DNA of 64,000 nt from Escherichia coli (GTDB lineage Bacteria; Pseudomonadota; Gammaproteobacteria; Enterobacterales; Enterobacteriaceae): NCBI RefSeq assembly GCF_044324875.1, contig NZ_CP172185.1; one strand, written 5' to 3'. The first letter of the stretch is position 1. Each line of letters opens with the position of its first letter. Below, one piece after another: positions 32,353 to 43,108 of this stretch. The notes below the pieces were generated by a model, which was given only the letters and a program-made list of their open reading frames with translations, searched no databases and was not told the DNA's origin. A program made the position numbers and the translations under genes.

Positions 32353-32919
32353 TACTTATTTGGTGGACACCACTTTGTCTAATTCGTCAGATTCTGACCA
32401 GACGGTTCAGGCTGTACGCTTACTGACCTTATCGGTCACCGCGCGGATGGTGGCTGTGGAAACGCTGAAGGCATATAAATCTTCAATCTCCCGACTGATA
32501 TCCTGGTAGCTCATTCCCAGCGCAAACAGGCGAATGATCTTGCGTTCGATCTCATCAGACAACGTGGTCTGGTGCTTCTTCACCAGTTGGGGTTAAAAAG
32601 TACCATTACGATCGCGCGGAGTCGCCAGTTCGAAGCTACCGGTCGGGGCTTTAATGGTCTTTTTGCCGGAGCCATTTTTACGATTGGCTTCCACATCCTG
32701 AGCCAGATGGGATTCAAGCTCTGCAGACAGGGCAGCCTAAGTTAACTGCTTGATTAATGACGTTAAGATTCCATCTTTGCCCGTTAATGCCTAGCCGGAC
32801 TGGAGTGCCTTAAGCGCTTTATCGAAATCGAAGGGTTGGGACATGTGTCATTCCTTTTTGATTGTATATTACTGGAATGACACAGAATTTCTAACACTCC
32901 CTTTTTAGATGAAATATAG

Positions 32920-33705
32920 TTAATCTTCGGTATGAATGTGTTGCAGCCAGTTTTTTATTACTGTATTTACTTCCTTTGCATGAGTGATATTTAGAGCGTG
33001 ATTTGCGTCGGGAATAACTTCAAGCTTGGAGTGTGCAATCACTTTGTGCATTTTAATTGCTTTCTCTAATGGGATTCCCATATCACTGTCACCATGAATA
33101 ATCAGTGTGGGGGTTGTGATTGTGTTAATTTTTTCTGAAATATCGTCACGTTCCAGCATTGCATTCATGGCATTTCTGATATTTTCTGGCTTATGTCCCA
33201 TCCATACTTTTTTCCATTTTTCTGCTTCAGAGACATTATTTCCGAAAAAAATGGGTAATAATAAGGAGATTATATTTTCCTTTATGATTGGGTCTTGCCA
33301 TCCATTACATAACTCCATGTAACTGGACGCGATTTCTGGTGGATCTTGCTCTGCCTGAGTTGCCATAAGGATTAGCCCTGACAAACGTTCTGAATGTGAC
33401 AGAGCAAATCGTAATGATATATATCCGCCCATCGACATTCCCCCTAAAACGAACTTATCCATTTGTAGTGAGTCTGCAACGCTTAAAATATCATCAACGA
33501 TATCATAGAGTGAGAAAGCTTCTGTTTTTTCAGTGTTTTTATCAAAACCCCGAACATTAATACAAACAAACCTGTGTTTTTCTTTTAGTTCGTCAAGTTG
33601 ATATTTAAACATGTCACTATTCATGAAAAATCCATGAACGAGTATGACTGGGGGATTATTTTTGTTTGTTTCAGTGTATCCAGAGTCAGCAAATGAATAT
33701 TTCAT
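32920..33705 (-). CDS. Alpha/beta-fold hydrolase (low-GC, likely horizontally acquired)
   Basis: 261 aa; HGFFMN oxyanion-region, nucleophile elbow GGMSMGG, C-terminal His (DANHAL); AT-rich codon usage. Confidence 0.7.
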   Translation of the reverse strand: MKYSFADSGYTETNKNNPPVILVHGFFMNSDMFKYQLDELKEKHRFVCINVRGFDKNTEKTEAFSLYDIVDDILSVADSLQMDKFVLGGMSMGGYISLRFALSHSERLSGLILMATQAEQDPPEIASSYMELCNGWQDPIIKENIISLLLPIFFGNNVSEAEKWKKVWMGHKPENIRNAMNAMLERDDISEKINTITTPTLIIHGDSDMGIPLEKAIKMHKVIAHSKLEVIPDANHALNITHAKEVNTVIKNWLQHIHTED

Positions 33706-34780
33706 GGAGCCTCCTTGATTTAGATGAATATATTGTGTGTTTTGTTAGTAATAGTGAAGCATTTCATTATATTGTCGAACTAGGATATATCTGTTGGATA
33801 AATATCCGTTTTAGAGTTTTTCAAATACTCGCCAGTTAAGACTCTTTTGGTGTGTTTACCAGTCTTGAGATATTGTTGTCAAGTATTTAAAAGGATATAA
33901 ACACACTGATTTAATGCTGATACTTATATATCAATAAATATTACCGGATGCCATGGTTAAAACTGGCTTATTTACTTCAGAAGAACAACGGCTAATGGAG
34001 CGATTGAAGTATTGTGGATATACCTATGCGAAGGTGTTTATGCTCGATTGGTTTTAGCAAACACGATAATATCCGAAAATTGCCTACATGGATAGATTTG
34101 TTAATTGCTATTAGCGGATGGGTAAGATTCATTGATGAGGCGGATTGATGGGCAAAGCCCCAGCCTCACGAACTGGTGGTCTTGAAAGCTTACATATTTC
34201 ATTTATTAAAGACGTAAACGTTTTAACTGTGTGGCATAAAAAGCAGAAGAGTGAAAATCCATAAATTACCGAATTATATCGGTGCCAGTCCGAATTTAGC
34301 CTTTGCACGGTTGCACGACTCATTGACTTCTCAGTTCTCACTGGACATGGCGAATTTTCTGTACGTTGATGAGGGATTTTCATATATCGTACAACAGGCA
34401 TTTCTTCCCGGTATTCCCTCAAGCGCAATACATCGGGGATTTTTCTGATTAGTGCCGATCATGCATCGGTGGAAAGGGGAGGTTTGTTCAGTAAGTCAGG
34501 TGGGGATAGTACCGCCAGCATCATCGGCTTCAGACCAGTAAAAAGAGACGCGGAAAAATATACAACAGGCACCACACGTCATGCATGGATTCAGATCGCT
34601 CATTTTTAGTACCATTTTAAAGTTTGACTTTGTATTTTTGCAACGAATCGCTAAAGAGAGCAGAAAAAACTATTCTCCAAAACTTGGTTATAACTACTTG
34701 ATTTTATAGATAGAGGCATGCTGTTTACACAGCAGTAAAAAGCATGCCAAATTTGCTATTAACCTTTTGAATATAAAATA

Positions 34781-35644
34781 CTAATCGTCTATTTCGGAAA
34801 CCTTCTTATTCAGCAGACGAGAAGCGCGCCAGTAAACCAGCAACATCAGGCCCATTACGATAGTCAGCGTAATGCTGGTGGCTGCACCAAACGGCCAGTC
34901 ACGAATATTGAGGAACTGTACCTTGATGACGTTACCGATCAGCAGGTTTTTCGCACCGCCCATCAGGTCGGACACATAGAACAGGCCCATCGCTGGCAGC
35001 ATCACCAGCAGACATCCGGCAATAATTCCCGGCATCGTCAGTGGGATAATGATGCGGATAAAGGTCTGCAACTTGCTGGCACCGAGATCGCGCGCCGCCT
35101 CAAGCAACGGCTTATCCAGTTTTTCGATACTGGAGTACAGCGGCATCACCATAAACGGTAGCAGAATGTAAACCAGACCGATAATCACCGCACTGGGCGT
35201 GAACATGATGCGAATTGGTGTATCAATAACGCCCAGCCAGAGCAAAAACTCGTTGAGATAGCCTTTGGTGCTGAGGAAAATTTTCAGCCCGTAGATACGA
35301 ATCAATGAGTTGGTCCAGAACGGAACAATCAGCAGAAACAGCAGCAGCGGACGCACCTTGTGTGGCAGCTTCGCCAGAAACCAGGCAAAAGGATAGCCCA
35401 GCACCAGGCAGGCGAGGGTGGCGATCAGCGCCATATTCAGCGAGTGCAATAGCACTTCAAAATAGAGCGGATCGAGCAGACGCGTGTAGTTATCCAGCGT
35501 AAAGACCATTTTGACGAAACTGGCGTCGTCGCGGGTCAAAAAGCTGGTGCCAATGATCATCAGGTTGGGCAGAAAGACAAACAACACAAGCCAACCGACA
35601 ATAGTGACAATCACTACATTCTGGAACTTACTTGTGTTCTTCAT
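34781..35644 (-). CDS. potB: Spermidine/putrescine ABC transporter permease PotB, C-terminal codons differ from the K-12 version as I remember it
   Basis: Matches PotB throughout; K-12 annotated start probably the internal GTG (MIVTIVGW); product here ends ...[12 protein letters not shown] whereas remembered PotB ends ...NKKVELE. Confidence 0.8.
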
Positions 35645-36764
35645 CAGCCAGTACGACCTCCCAGCTTTCTACCCAATTAATGGCCATTTTTTGGTCGAGA
35701 GAGTGGTCAAAGTCAGGATCGTCTTCATTGAAGAATTCGCTGACCATCACCATCTTGCCATTTTCCAGTTCAACAACCGACTCCAGCGTCATGCCTTTGT
35801 AGTTACGCTCGCGAACGTAACCAATCAGCCCTTCAGCGTGGTTGTCGTCGTTAATCTCTTCAACACGTAAGTCTTCCGGGCGCAGCAGAACATGCAGTTT
35901 TTGCCCCGGTTCAACGGCGAAGTTAACGTAGATATTACATTCGCGGCCTTCAACGTTGGCGCGTACGCGCTGCTCGTCTAGACGTTCGATGACAGTGGCG
36001 TTAAACATATTGATTTCGCCAATAAACCCAGCAACAAACAGGTTTTTCGGCTCTTCATAGATTTCACGCGGCGTGCCGTCTTGCTCAATGCGACCATCGC
36101 GCATCACCACAATCCTGTCCGACATGGTGAGTGCTTCTTCCTGGTCGTGAGTCACGAAGACGAATGTAATGCCAAGCTTACGCTGTAACGCTTTCAGCTC
36201 GTTCTGCATTTGCTTGCGCAGTTTGTAATCCAGCGCTGAGAGCGACTCATCCAGCAACAACAGACGAGGCTTGTTAACCACTGCGCGGGCAATGGCGACG
36301 CGTTGCTGTTGACCACCAGAGAGCTGATGCGGTTTGCGTTGAGCGAAGGTTTCCAGCTGCACCATCCGCAGGGCTTCCATCACGCGGGGCGTAATTTCAG
36401 CAGCGGGGGTTTTTTGCATGCGTAACCCAAAGGCCACATTTTCGAACACGGTCATGTGGGGGAAAAGTGCGTAGCTTTGGAAAACAGTGTTCACATAGCG
36501 GTTTTCCGCCGGAACGTGGGTGATGTCCTCGTTATCCAGCATGATGCGTCCGGAATCAACAGTTTCCAGACCTGCAATCAGGCGAAGAACGGTTGTTTTA
36601 CCGCAGCCAGAAGGGCCAAGCAGCGTGAGGAACTCGCCATTGTTGATAGTCAGATCCAGCTGGGGAATGACCTCTTTACCATCAAAGCATTTGCGAATTC
36701 CCGCCAATTGCACCAGCGGTGAAAGCGAACTCGGTTGTTTATTCAATTTTTTACTCTGTCCCAT
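35628..36764 (-). CDS. potA: Spermidine/putrescine ABC transporter ATP-binding protein PotA
   Basis: 378 aa; Walker [10 protein letters not shown], signature [10 protein letters not shown], Walker B LLLDES. Confidence 0.95.
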
Positions 36765-37013
36765 GTAAACGCAACGGATGGCTTACCGATGCGGGGTTTG
36801 TGGTTAACCACCTTGGTGACTCTTAATGAGGGCGGTAATTCTACGGCAAACCGCTTGAATCGCCAATCTTTGTTGTGAATTACTGGCTTAGCTTTATATT
36901 CATTAAGGTAATGCTGATAAATATTCCCGCTTGCAGGGGTAAAAGTGACCTGACGCAATATTTGTCTTTTCTTGCTTCTTAATAATGTTGTCACAAAAAG
37001 TGAGGGTGACTAC

Positions 37014-38240
37014 ATGGATAAACTACTTGAGCGATTTTTGAACTACGTGTCTCTGGATACCCAATCAAAGGCAGGGGTGAGACAGGTTCCCAGCACGGAA
37101 GGCCAATGGAAGTTATTGCATCTGCTGAAAGAGCAGCTCGAAGAGATGGGGCTTATCAATGTGACCTTAAGTGAGAAGGGCACTTTGATGGCGACGTTAC
37201 CGGCTAACGTCCCTGGCGATATCCCGGCGATTGGCTTTATTTCTCATGTGGATACCTCACCGGATTGCAGCGGCAAAAATGTGAATCCGCAAATTGTTGA
37301 AAACTATCGCGGTGGCGATATTGCGCTGGGTATCGGCGATGAAGTTTTATCACCGGTTATGTTCCCGGTGCTGCATCAGCTACTGAGTCAGACGCTGATT
37401 ACCACCGATGGTAAAACCTTGTTAGGAGCCGATGACAAAGCAGGTATTGCAGAAATCATGACCGCGCTGGCGGTATTGCAACAGAAAAACATTCCGCATG
37501 GTGATATTCGCGTCGCCTTTACCCCGGATGAAGAAGTGGGCAAAGGGGCGAAACATTTTGATGTTGACGCCTTCGATGCCCGCTGGGCTTACACCGTTGA
37601 TGGTGGTGGCGTAGGCGAACTGGAGTTTGAAAACTTCAACGCTGCGTCGGTCAATATCAAAATTGTAGGCAATAACGTTCACCCAGGCACAGCGAAAGGT
37701 GTAATGGTGAATGCGCTGTCGCTGGCGGCACGTATTCATGCGGAAGTTCCGGCGGATGAAAGCCCGGAAATGACAGAAGGCTATGAAGGTTTCTATCACC
37801 TGGCGAGCATGAAAGGCACCGTTGAACGGGCCGATATGCACTACATCATCCGTGATTTCGACCGTAAACAGTTTGAAGCGCGTAAACGTAAAATGATGGA
37901 GATCGCCAAAAAAGTGGGCAAAGGGTTACATCCTGATTGCTACATTGAATTGGTGATTGAAGACAGTTACTACAATATGCGCGAGAAAGTGGTTGAGCAT
38001 CCGCATATTCTCGATATCGCCCAGCAGGCGATGCGTGACTGCGATATTGAACCGGAACTGAAACCGATCCGCGGCGGTACCGACGGCGCGCAGTTGTCGT
38101 TTATGGGATTACCGTGCCCGAACCTGTTCACTGGCGGTTACAACTATCATGGTAAGCATGAGTTTGTGACTCTGGAAGGTATGGAAAAAGCGGTGCAGGT
38201 GATCGTCCGTATTGCCGAGTTAACGGCGCAACGGAAGTAA
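37014..38240 (+). CDS. pepT: Peptidase T (tripeptide aminopeptidase)
   Basis: 408 aa from [13 protein letters not shown]20 family metal-binding motifs (HVDT, GADDKAG). Confidence 0.95.
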   Translation: MDKLLERFLNYVSLDTQSKAGVRQVPSTEGQWKLLHLLKEQLEEMGLINVTLSEKGTLMATLPANVPGDIPAIGFISHVDTSPDCSGKNVNPQIVENYRGGDIALGIGDEVLSPVMFPVLHQLLSQTLITTDGKTLLGADDKAGIAEIMTALAVLQQKNIPHGDIRVAFTPDEEVGKGAKHFDVDAFDARWAYTVDGGGVGELEFENFNAASVNIKIVGNNVHPGTAKGVMVNALSLAARIHAEVPADESPEMTEGYEGFYHLASMKGTVERADMHYIIRDFDRKQFEARKRKMMEIAKKVGKGLHPDCYIELVIEDSYYNMREKVVEHPHILDIAQQAMRDCDIEPELKPIRGGTDGAQLSFMGLPCPNLFTGGYNYHGKHEFVTLEGMEKAVQVIVRIAELTAQRK

Positions 38241-38288
38241 GCGAAAAGGGATGCGGCATGTGATGCCGCATCCGGCTTAAATCCAAAC

Positions 38289-39410
38289 TTACCCTTCGAA
38301 GAACCAATACCCGCTATTGACCAGCGCCGCGAGCATCGCGAGGAATGACGGATCTTCCAGCGCATCGCCAAAATTCTCCGCAGTCAGCGCAATGTTGCTG
38401 GCGAGTGCATCCAGTGCCGGACGGTGCGGGGAATCGATCTTCTCACCATTGGCATACACGTCGTCGCCAATGCGCAATACGCGCAGACCACCCAGACGCA
38501 CCAGCACTTCACCTTGTTTCAGCGCATCGTAGATTTCATCCGGCTGATAAGGCGGCTCTGGCGGCGCGATATCCAGTTCATGGCGTGACTGGGATATAAA
38601 CTCCCCAAACCATTGCTTAAAGTGTTCCGGCTGGTTGATCAATTCGAGCATCATCTCACGCAGTTTATCCATCTCTTGCGGCAGAACATCCGCAGGATGA
38701 GCGCGAGGTGAAACATCAGGATCGCTGTAGTAGTTGCCGCCCAGTTCACGTTGCAGCACATAATCGGCAAATCCGCTAATCAGTTCCCGCGTATTTGGTG
38801 CGCGAAAACCGACGGAATAGTTCATCGCATTTTCCAGCGCGTAGCCTTCATGGGGGAATCCTGGCGGAATATAAAGAATATCGCCTGGCTCCAGTTCTTC
38901 ATCAATGATGGCTTCGAACGGATCAACCTGTAACAGATCCGGGTGCGGGCAGTGCTGTTTCATTTGCAGCTTTTCGCCCACTCGCCAGCGACGACGTCCG
39001 GTACCCTGAATGATAAACACGTCGTACTGATCGAGATGCGGGCCGACGCCGCCGCCAGGTACAGAAAAAGAGATCATCAGATCATCAATACGCCAGTCCG
39101 GTAGTTCACGGAACGGTCGCATCAGCGCGGCGGTCGGCTCATGCCAGTGGTTCACTGCCTGCACTAACAATGACCAGTTAGTTTCACCGAGATGATCGTA
39201 GCTTTCGAACGGGCCGTGGCTGACCTGCCATTTGCCATCCTGGTGGCTGACCAGTCGACTGTCGACTTCGCTTTCCATCGCCAGACCCGCCAACTCGTCT
39301 GGAGAGATCGGGTCAATAAAATTATTAAAGCCGCGTTTTAACACCACCGGACGTTTCTGCCAGTGACGTTCAAGAAAATCGGGCCAGTTAAGAGTGAGTT
39401 GGTATTCCAT
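38289..39410 (-). CDS. roxA: Ribosomal oxygenase RoxA (YcfD), JmjC/cupin family
   Basis: 373 aa from MEYQLTLNWPDFLERHW; synteny with pepT. Confidence 0.9.
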   Translation of the reverse strand: MEYQLTLNWPDFLERHWQKRPVVLKRGFNNFIDPISPDELAGLAMESEVDSRLVSHQDGKWQVSHGPFESYDHLGETNWSLLVQAVNHWHEPTAALMRPFRELPDWRIDDLMISFSVPGGGVGPHLDQYDVFIIQGTGRRRWRVGEKLQMKQHCPHPDLLQVDPFEAIIDEELEPGDILYIPPGFPHEGYALENAMNYSVGFRAPNTRELISGFADYVLQRELGGNYYSDPDVSPRAHPADVLPQEMDKLREMMLELINQPEHFKQWFGEFISQSRHELDIAPPEPPYQPDEIYDALKQGEVLVRLGGLRVLRIGDDVYANGEKIDSPHRPALDALASNIALTAENFGDALEDPSFLAMLAALVNSGYWFFEG

Positions 39411-39611
39411 GTTAAGCATCCACAGGCTGGTATCTGCAACCGATTATAACGGATGCTTAACGTAATGCGTGAAGTATGGGCATACTTTATCAATTAGTGT
39501 TTTTTGCCGTTTCATAATGTTTCAGGTTGTGCATTATGTTTTTGATTATAAACAAATTTGTGATTTTTCTTGTTCCAGCTTGTTTCACGTTGTAGCCCTT
39601 TGTGCAACGAT

Positions 39612-39637
39612 CGGTGTAGTTAATGGTGTAGTTAATT
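39612..39637 (+). repeat. attL core: 26-bp direct repeat cggtgtagttaatggtgtagttaatt
   Basis: Identical copy at 50721-50746; itself contains an internal tandem gtgtagttaat duplication. Confidence 0.8.
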
Positions 39638-40888
39638 GTGATGACCGGATTCAAAATTATGAGCAGAGCACTTAACAAGCTGAGCGATACACAGCTAAGG
39701 AAAATCAACGGCACACCCGCCCAAAAAACAGCCTTTCTTAATGACGGTGGAAACTTGAGCGTCAGGCATTCAACCAGCGGCCTTTTAACCTGGTATTTCA
39801 CTTACAGGGCCGGAACGGGAAGGGGGGCATCACCGGAACGCATTAAGCTGGGAAATTATCCTGATCTGAGCCTGAAATCAGCCAGGGAAAAAGCCGCCCA
39901 GTGTCGCGCATGGCTGGCTGAGGGGAAAAATCCACGTCATGAGATGAATTACACCGTACAGGAAGCGTTAAAGCCTGTAACGGTTGGCGATGCGCTCACC
40001 TACTGGCTTGAGTCGTACGCAAAGGAAAACCGTGTGGATTATGACCCACTGAAAAAGCGGCTAAATAATCACGTAATACAGCACATTGGCCCTATGCCGC
40101 TGGATAAATGCGAGCTACGGCACTGGCTGGCCTGTTTTGATCGGGTGGCAAAGCAAGCCCCTGTTTCCGCCGGGTTCCTGCTACAGACATGCAAACAGGC
40201 GCTTAAGTTCTGCCGGAAGCGGCGCTATGCAATCAGCAACGTTCTTGATGATATGAGTGTGGCTGACGTTGGGAAAAAACCGGATATAGGCGAACGTGTC
40301 TTAAGTACCAAAGAACTGGGCGAATTATTGCAGGCACTGGACAAAAAAATATTTTCCCCTTACTACGTCGCACTAATCCGCCTCCTGATTGTTTTCGGAT
40401 GCCGGACAGTAGAACTGAGGTTATCGGAGATCGGCGAGTGGGATTTTACCGAAATGCTCTGGACCGTTCCGAAGGAGCACAGCAAAACGAAGGTAGCCAT
40501 ATTCCGGCCCATACCGGAAGCGATACTGCCGTTCGTCACGCAGCTGATGGAGCAGAACAGGCACACGGGCTTATTGCTGGGGGAAGTGAAACAGGAAACC
40601 AGCGTGTCGCAGTACGGCAGATTAGTGCACAGGAGGCTTAAACACCCTCACTGGTCACTGCATGACATCCGGCGCACCTTTACAACGATGCTGAACGATT
40701 TAGGCGTGGATCCTCACGTCGTGGAGCAGCTTACAGGCCACCAGATGCCAGGAATGCAGCGAGTTTATAATCATTCCCGTTATCTGGATGCGAAACGCAA
40801 TGCGCTGGATATGTGGACGGAGCGGTTAGGGATACTGGCGGGAGCACATGAAAACGTAACCACGCTACCAGTAACCAGAAGAAAATAA
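39638..40888 (+). CDS. int: Tyrosine-type site-specific integrase (P4-like family)
   Basis: C-terminal catalytic signature (…HDIRRTFTTML…GHQMPGMQRVYNHSRYLD…); true start possibly at MSRALNKLS (39659). Confidence 0.85.
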   Translation: MMTGFKIMSRALNKLSDTQLRKINGTPAQKTAFLNDGGNLSVRHSTSGLLTWYFTYRAGTGRGASPERIKLGNYPDLSLKSAREKAAQCRAWLAEGKNPRHEMNYTVQEALKPVTVGDALTYWLESYAKENRVDYDPLKKRLNNHVIQHIGPMPLDKCELRHWLACFDRVAKQAPVSAGFLLQTCKQALKFCRKRRYAISNVLDDMSVADVGKKPDIGERVLSTKELGELLQALDKKIFSPYYVALIRLLIVFGCRTVELRLSEIGEWDFTEMLWTVPKEHSKTKVAIFRPIPEAILPFVTQLMEQNRHTGLLLGEVKQETSVSQYGRLVHRRLKHPHWSLHDIRRTFTTMLNDLGVDPHVVEQLTGHQMPGMQRVYNHSRYLDAKRNALDMWTERLGILAGAHENVTTLPVTRRK

Positions 40889-40937
40889 TTTTTTTCGTGT
40901 TTTTTCAGTATGCGCATACTGGATAAGTGCACAGATA

Positions 40938-40969
40938 CAACGTGAAACAATAAGCAACAACGTGAAACA
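40938..40969 (+). repeat. Two direct copies of CAACGTGAAACA (candidate integrase arm-type or regulator binding sites)
   Basis: Copies at 40938-40949 and 40958-40969; inverted copies tgtttcacgttg at 39581-39592 (near attL) and tgttccacgttg at 50690-50701 (near attR). Confidence 0.5.
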
Positions 40970-41262
40970 ACCACGAACAAGAGGTCAAAAAGTATACAGA
41001 TTTATAAGTTGCTGATTTTTAATGCTCAACTGGTTTTTTATACATTAGCGAATAACGCTTTAAATAGTGAGAAAAAAGTCATAAAACGAGATTTTATGCC
41101 TTTGCATAATACTGAATTAAAATGATTTTTATTAAAATCACCCCGTTTCTGTAAAATACCCGCCACCAACATTTGCCAACTCTGAATCACCCTGACACAA
41201 TCAGACACATCCCAACGCAATAGAACACGAAATAACTCTTTAAGAAACGAAAGGGGGCAATA

Positions 41263-41451
41263 GTGTTAAGCACTGATCGGTTTATACGTGAAAAAGAATG
41301 CGAAAAGCTAACAGGCCTTAGCCGCTCATGCCGCTACCGCCTGGAAAAGGCCGGACAATTCCCATCACGGCGTAAGCTGGGCGGTCGTTCCGTTGGCTGG
41401 TCTTTATCCGAAGTTCTGGCATGGAAGGAAAGCTGCGAGGCAGTTCACTAA
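41263..41451 (+). CDS. AlpA/Xis-like small DNA-binding protein
   Basis: 62 aa; ...KECEKLTGLSRSCRYRLEKAGQFPSRRKLGGRSVGWSLSEVLAWK matches AlpA-type wHTH. Confidence 0.7.
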   Translation: MLSTDRFIREKECEKLTGLSRSCRYRLEKAGQFPSRRKLGGRSVGWSLSEVLAWKESCEAVH

Positions 41452-41777
41452 AAAGACTGGCGGCACACAGCCGCCACCCATCCACTAATACAGAGATTTA
41501 ACCATGAAGACTGGATATACGCCCGAACAGGGGCGGGGCTTCGTTCGGCCTGGTGAAACTGAAAAACAACAAAATCGCGGTTTTTCAGGCATAAAAAAAG
41601 CGGCCCCGATAAGGAGCCGCCTTTCTGAACAATTAACCTACAGCGCAAAAAATGAATCTGAGCAGTGGGATTATATCAACCGTGCAACGAAGCGCCACAA
41701 TTGCCGGATAACGGGCAAAGAAAAGGCCACCTGTCACGGTGGCCAATGTGATCAGTGTGGTGGCTTGCTGGTGGCTA

Positions 41778-41969
41778 TCAACCTTTGGGTTCTATACCGC
41801 GCCGCTTTAGTTCAGCGCGCCCCAACTCTTTAAGCCAGTTGGCTAGGCTTATGCCGTCGCTCTGCGCTTCTTTGTCGAATTGCTCTTTTAGCTCTGGAGA
41901 AATTCGCATTCTGAATTGTGGGGATTGCCCATCACCCTTAGGGCTTTTATCACGTTTGATTGTTGACAA
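41778..41969 (-). CDS. Arc/MetJ-type ribbon-helix-helix DNA-binding protein (candidate island repressor)
   Basis: 63 aa; FRMRISPELKEQFDKEAQSDGISLANWLKELG; transcribed divergently from the replication operon. Confidence 0.55.
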   Translation of the reverse strand: MSTIKRDKSPKGDGQSPQFRMRISPELKEQFDKEAQSDGISLANWLKELGRAELKRRGIEPKG

Positions 41970-42103
41970 GTGGTCACCTATTAAATTAGCCTTTCTATTG
42001 TTAGGTGGTCACCTTAACACGGGGACACTTAAAAAAGCAAAGCCCGAAGGCGCTAGGAACACCAACGGGCTTCTAACCACAAACCGTTATGAGAGGTAGT
42101 TTT

Positions 42104-42301
42104 ATGGCTGTAAGACAGCATACCCCACGACTAGCGCACACACAAACCGCCTTTGTGTGGCGTTTTCTGGCACTGAGTGCCGGAGAATCTCAAATCATCC
42201 ACGTAACCGCCTGGACGGAACGCGAAGCGCGTAGCCGTTGCCCGTCCGGTTGTGTTGCTGTATTCGCCGCCCGTATTCGTCAGGGGGTGTACCATGATTA
42301 A
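42104..42301 (+). CDS. Small hypothetical protein, first gene of rightward operon
   Basis: 65 aa from ATG 42104 with RBS gagagg; unknown family. Confidence 0.45.
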   Translation: MAVRQHTPRLAHTQTAFVWRFLALSAGESQIIHVTAWTEREARSRCPSGCVAVFAARIRQGVYHD

Positions 42302-42662
42302 CCTGTCACTTACCGATCTTAACCGCGTTCAGTTTCGTGAGAAATTTACCGGACAGCTACTCGTCAATGTGGAGAACGGGCGCATAGTGCGTAATTATCA
42401 CCTGCCGGATGGTGCAATTGCCGGAAGCGTTGAAGCATTGCTGGAACTGGCGGAACGTGCGCGACTGATTAAGCCGTCAACGAGCCATCACGATGATGAT
42501 CTGCATTTTACCGGATGTATGGTGAGTCACTACGAAAACGGCGTCGAGGTATCCTGCGAACGGCTGCGTGATGATTGCTGTTTCGGCACACTGCCGGAAT
42601 TTATCGAATTGCTGACCAGTTGCGGATATCAGGTTATTCAGGGGGTGCGCCATGTGCAATAA
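42294..42662 (+). CDS. Hypothetical protein (122 aa)
   Basis: Start MINLSLTDL overlaps upstream gene end; unknown family. Confidence 0.5.
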   Translation: MINLSLTDLNRVQFREKFTGQLLVNVENGRIVRNYHLPDGAIAGSVEALLELAERARLIKPSTSHHDDDLHFTGCMVSHYENGVEVSCERLRDDCCFGTLPEFIELLTSCGYQVIQGVRHVQ

Positions 42663-43107
42663 CATCCGTCCGGACGCAGCAGGCGAAGCCATCATAACGC
42701 TAATGCACGCGCTGATTGATATTTCATGCACGGCAGCAACCGCAGAAAAACACATTACCAGAGAGCCGGAATATACAGGGGCAATAATCCCGCATTCGCT
42801 GGCCTACGCACAGCTAACCGCTGATATGGCGCTGAATGAGGCTAAAGCCATCCTGATTGCTGATTGTGAAAATGGGGGGGGGGTTATGCGTGATGATCGT
42901 TTTAATTCCCTGAAACAGGAATTTTCCGGCGTTCCTGATAATGCGGCTGATGCGCTTTCGTCAATATCTGAAATTATGCGGGTGGCTTTTTTCTTTCTTT
43001 GCACTGATGAGCACAGGGATACAGGGCTAAATATTCTTGATATCGCCGCTAATTATGCTGATTTCGTAACGGAAACTGTTTTAAGAAAAACGACGGACGG
43101 GGATTAA
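42652..43107 (+). CDS. Hypothetical protein (151 aa)
   Basis: Overlapping start with previous gene; unknown family. Confidence 0.5.
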   Translation: MCNNIRPDAAGEAIITLMHALIDISCTAATAEKHITREPEYTGAIIPHSLAYAQLTADMALNEAKAILIADCENGGGVMRDDRFNSLKQEFSGVPDNAADALSSISEIMRVAFFFLCTDEHRDTGLNILDIAANYADFVTETVLRKTTDGD

Positions 43108-43108
43108 T

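Larger units (their letters stand above)
29982..32423 (-). mobile_element. IS66-family element (ISEc8-like, 2442 bp) with 8-bp target-site duplication tgacctta
   Basis: Ends gtaagcgtacagc... / ...gctgtacgcttac; tgacctta at 29974-29981 and 32424-32431; three-gene tnpA-tnpB-tnpC arrangement. Confidence 0.85.
29385..32875 (-). pseudogene. Decayed IS256-family (Mutator-type) element with transposase gene carrying nonsense codons, an internal deletion and an IS66-family insertion
   Basis: N-terminal transposase segment MSQPFDFDKALKALQSG-stop-ALTGKDGILTSLIKQLT... at 32424-32850 (minus), continuation ...KVIPELKQWQQRPLEKVYPFVWLDAIHYK... at 29810-29981, C-terminal segment ...QQYPVVLQSWRRKWENLS...[30 protein letters not shown] at 29542-29808; terminal repeats gaattctgtgtcac / gacacagaatttc near both ends. 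Confidence 0.65.

Noticed and set aside
33706-34780. ORFs 34129-34428 and 34251-34448 in the AT-rich spacer before potB
   Set aside because: Overlapping, low-complexity, no RBS or family; treated as non-coding or decayed remnants.
41504-41833. 109-aa plus-strand ORF after alpA
   Set aside because: Spans a hairpin and overlaps the minus-strand RHH gene; composition is not protein-like.
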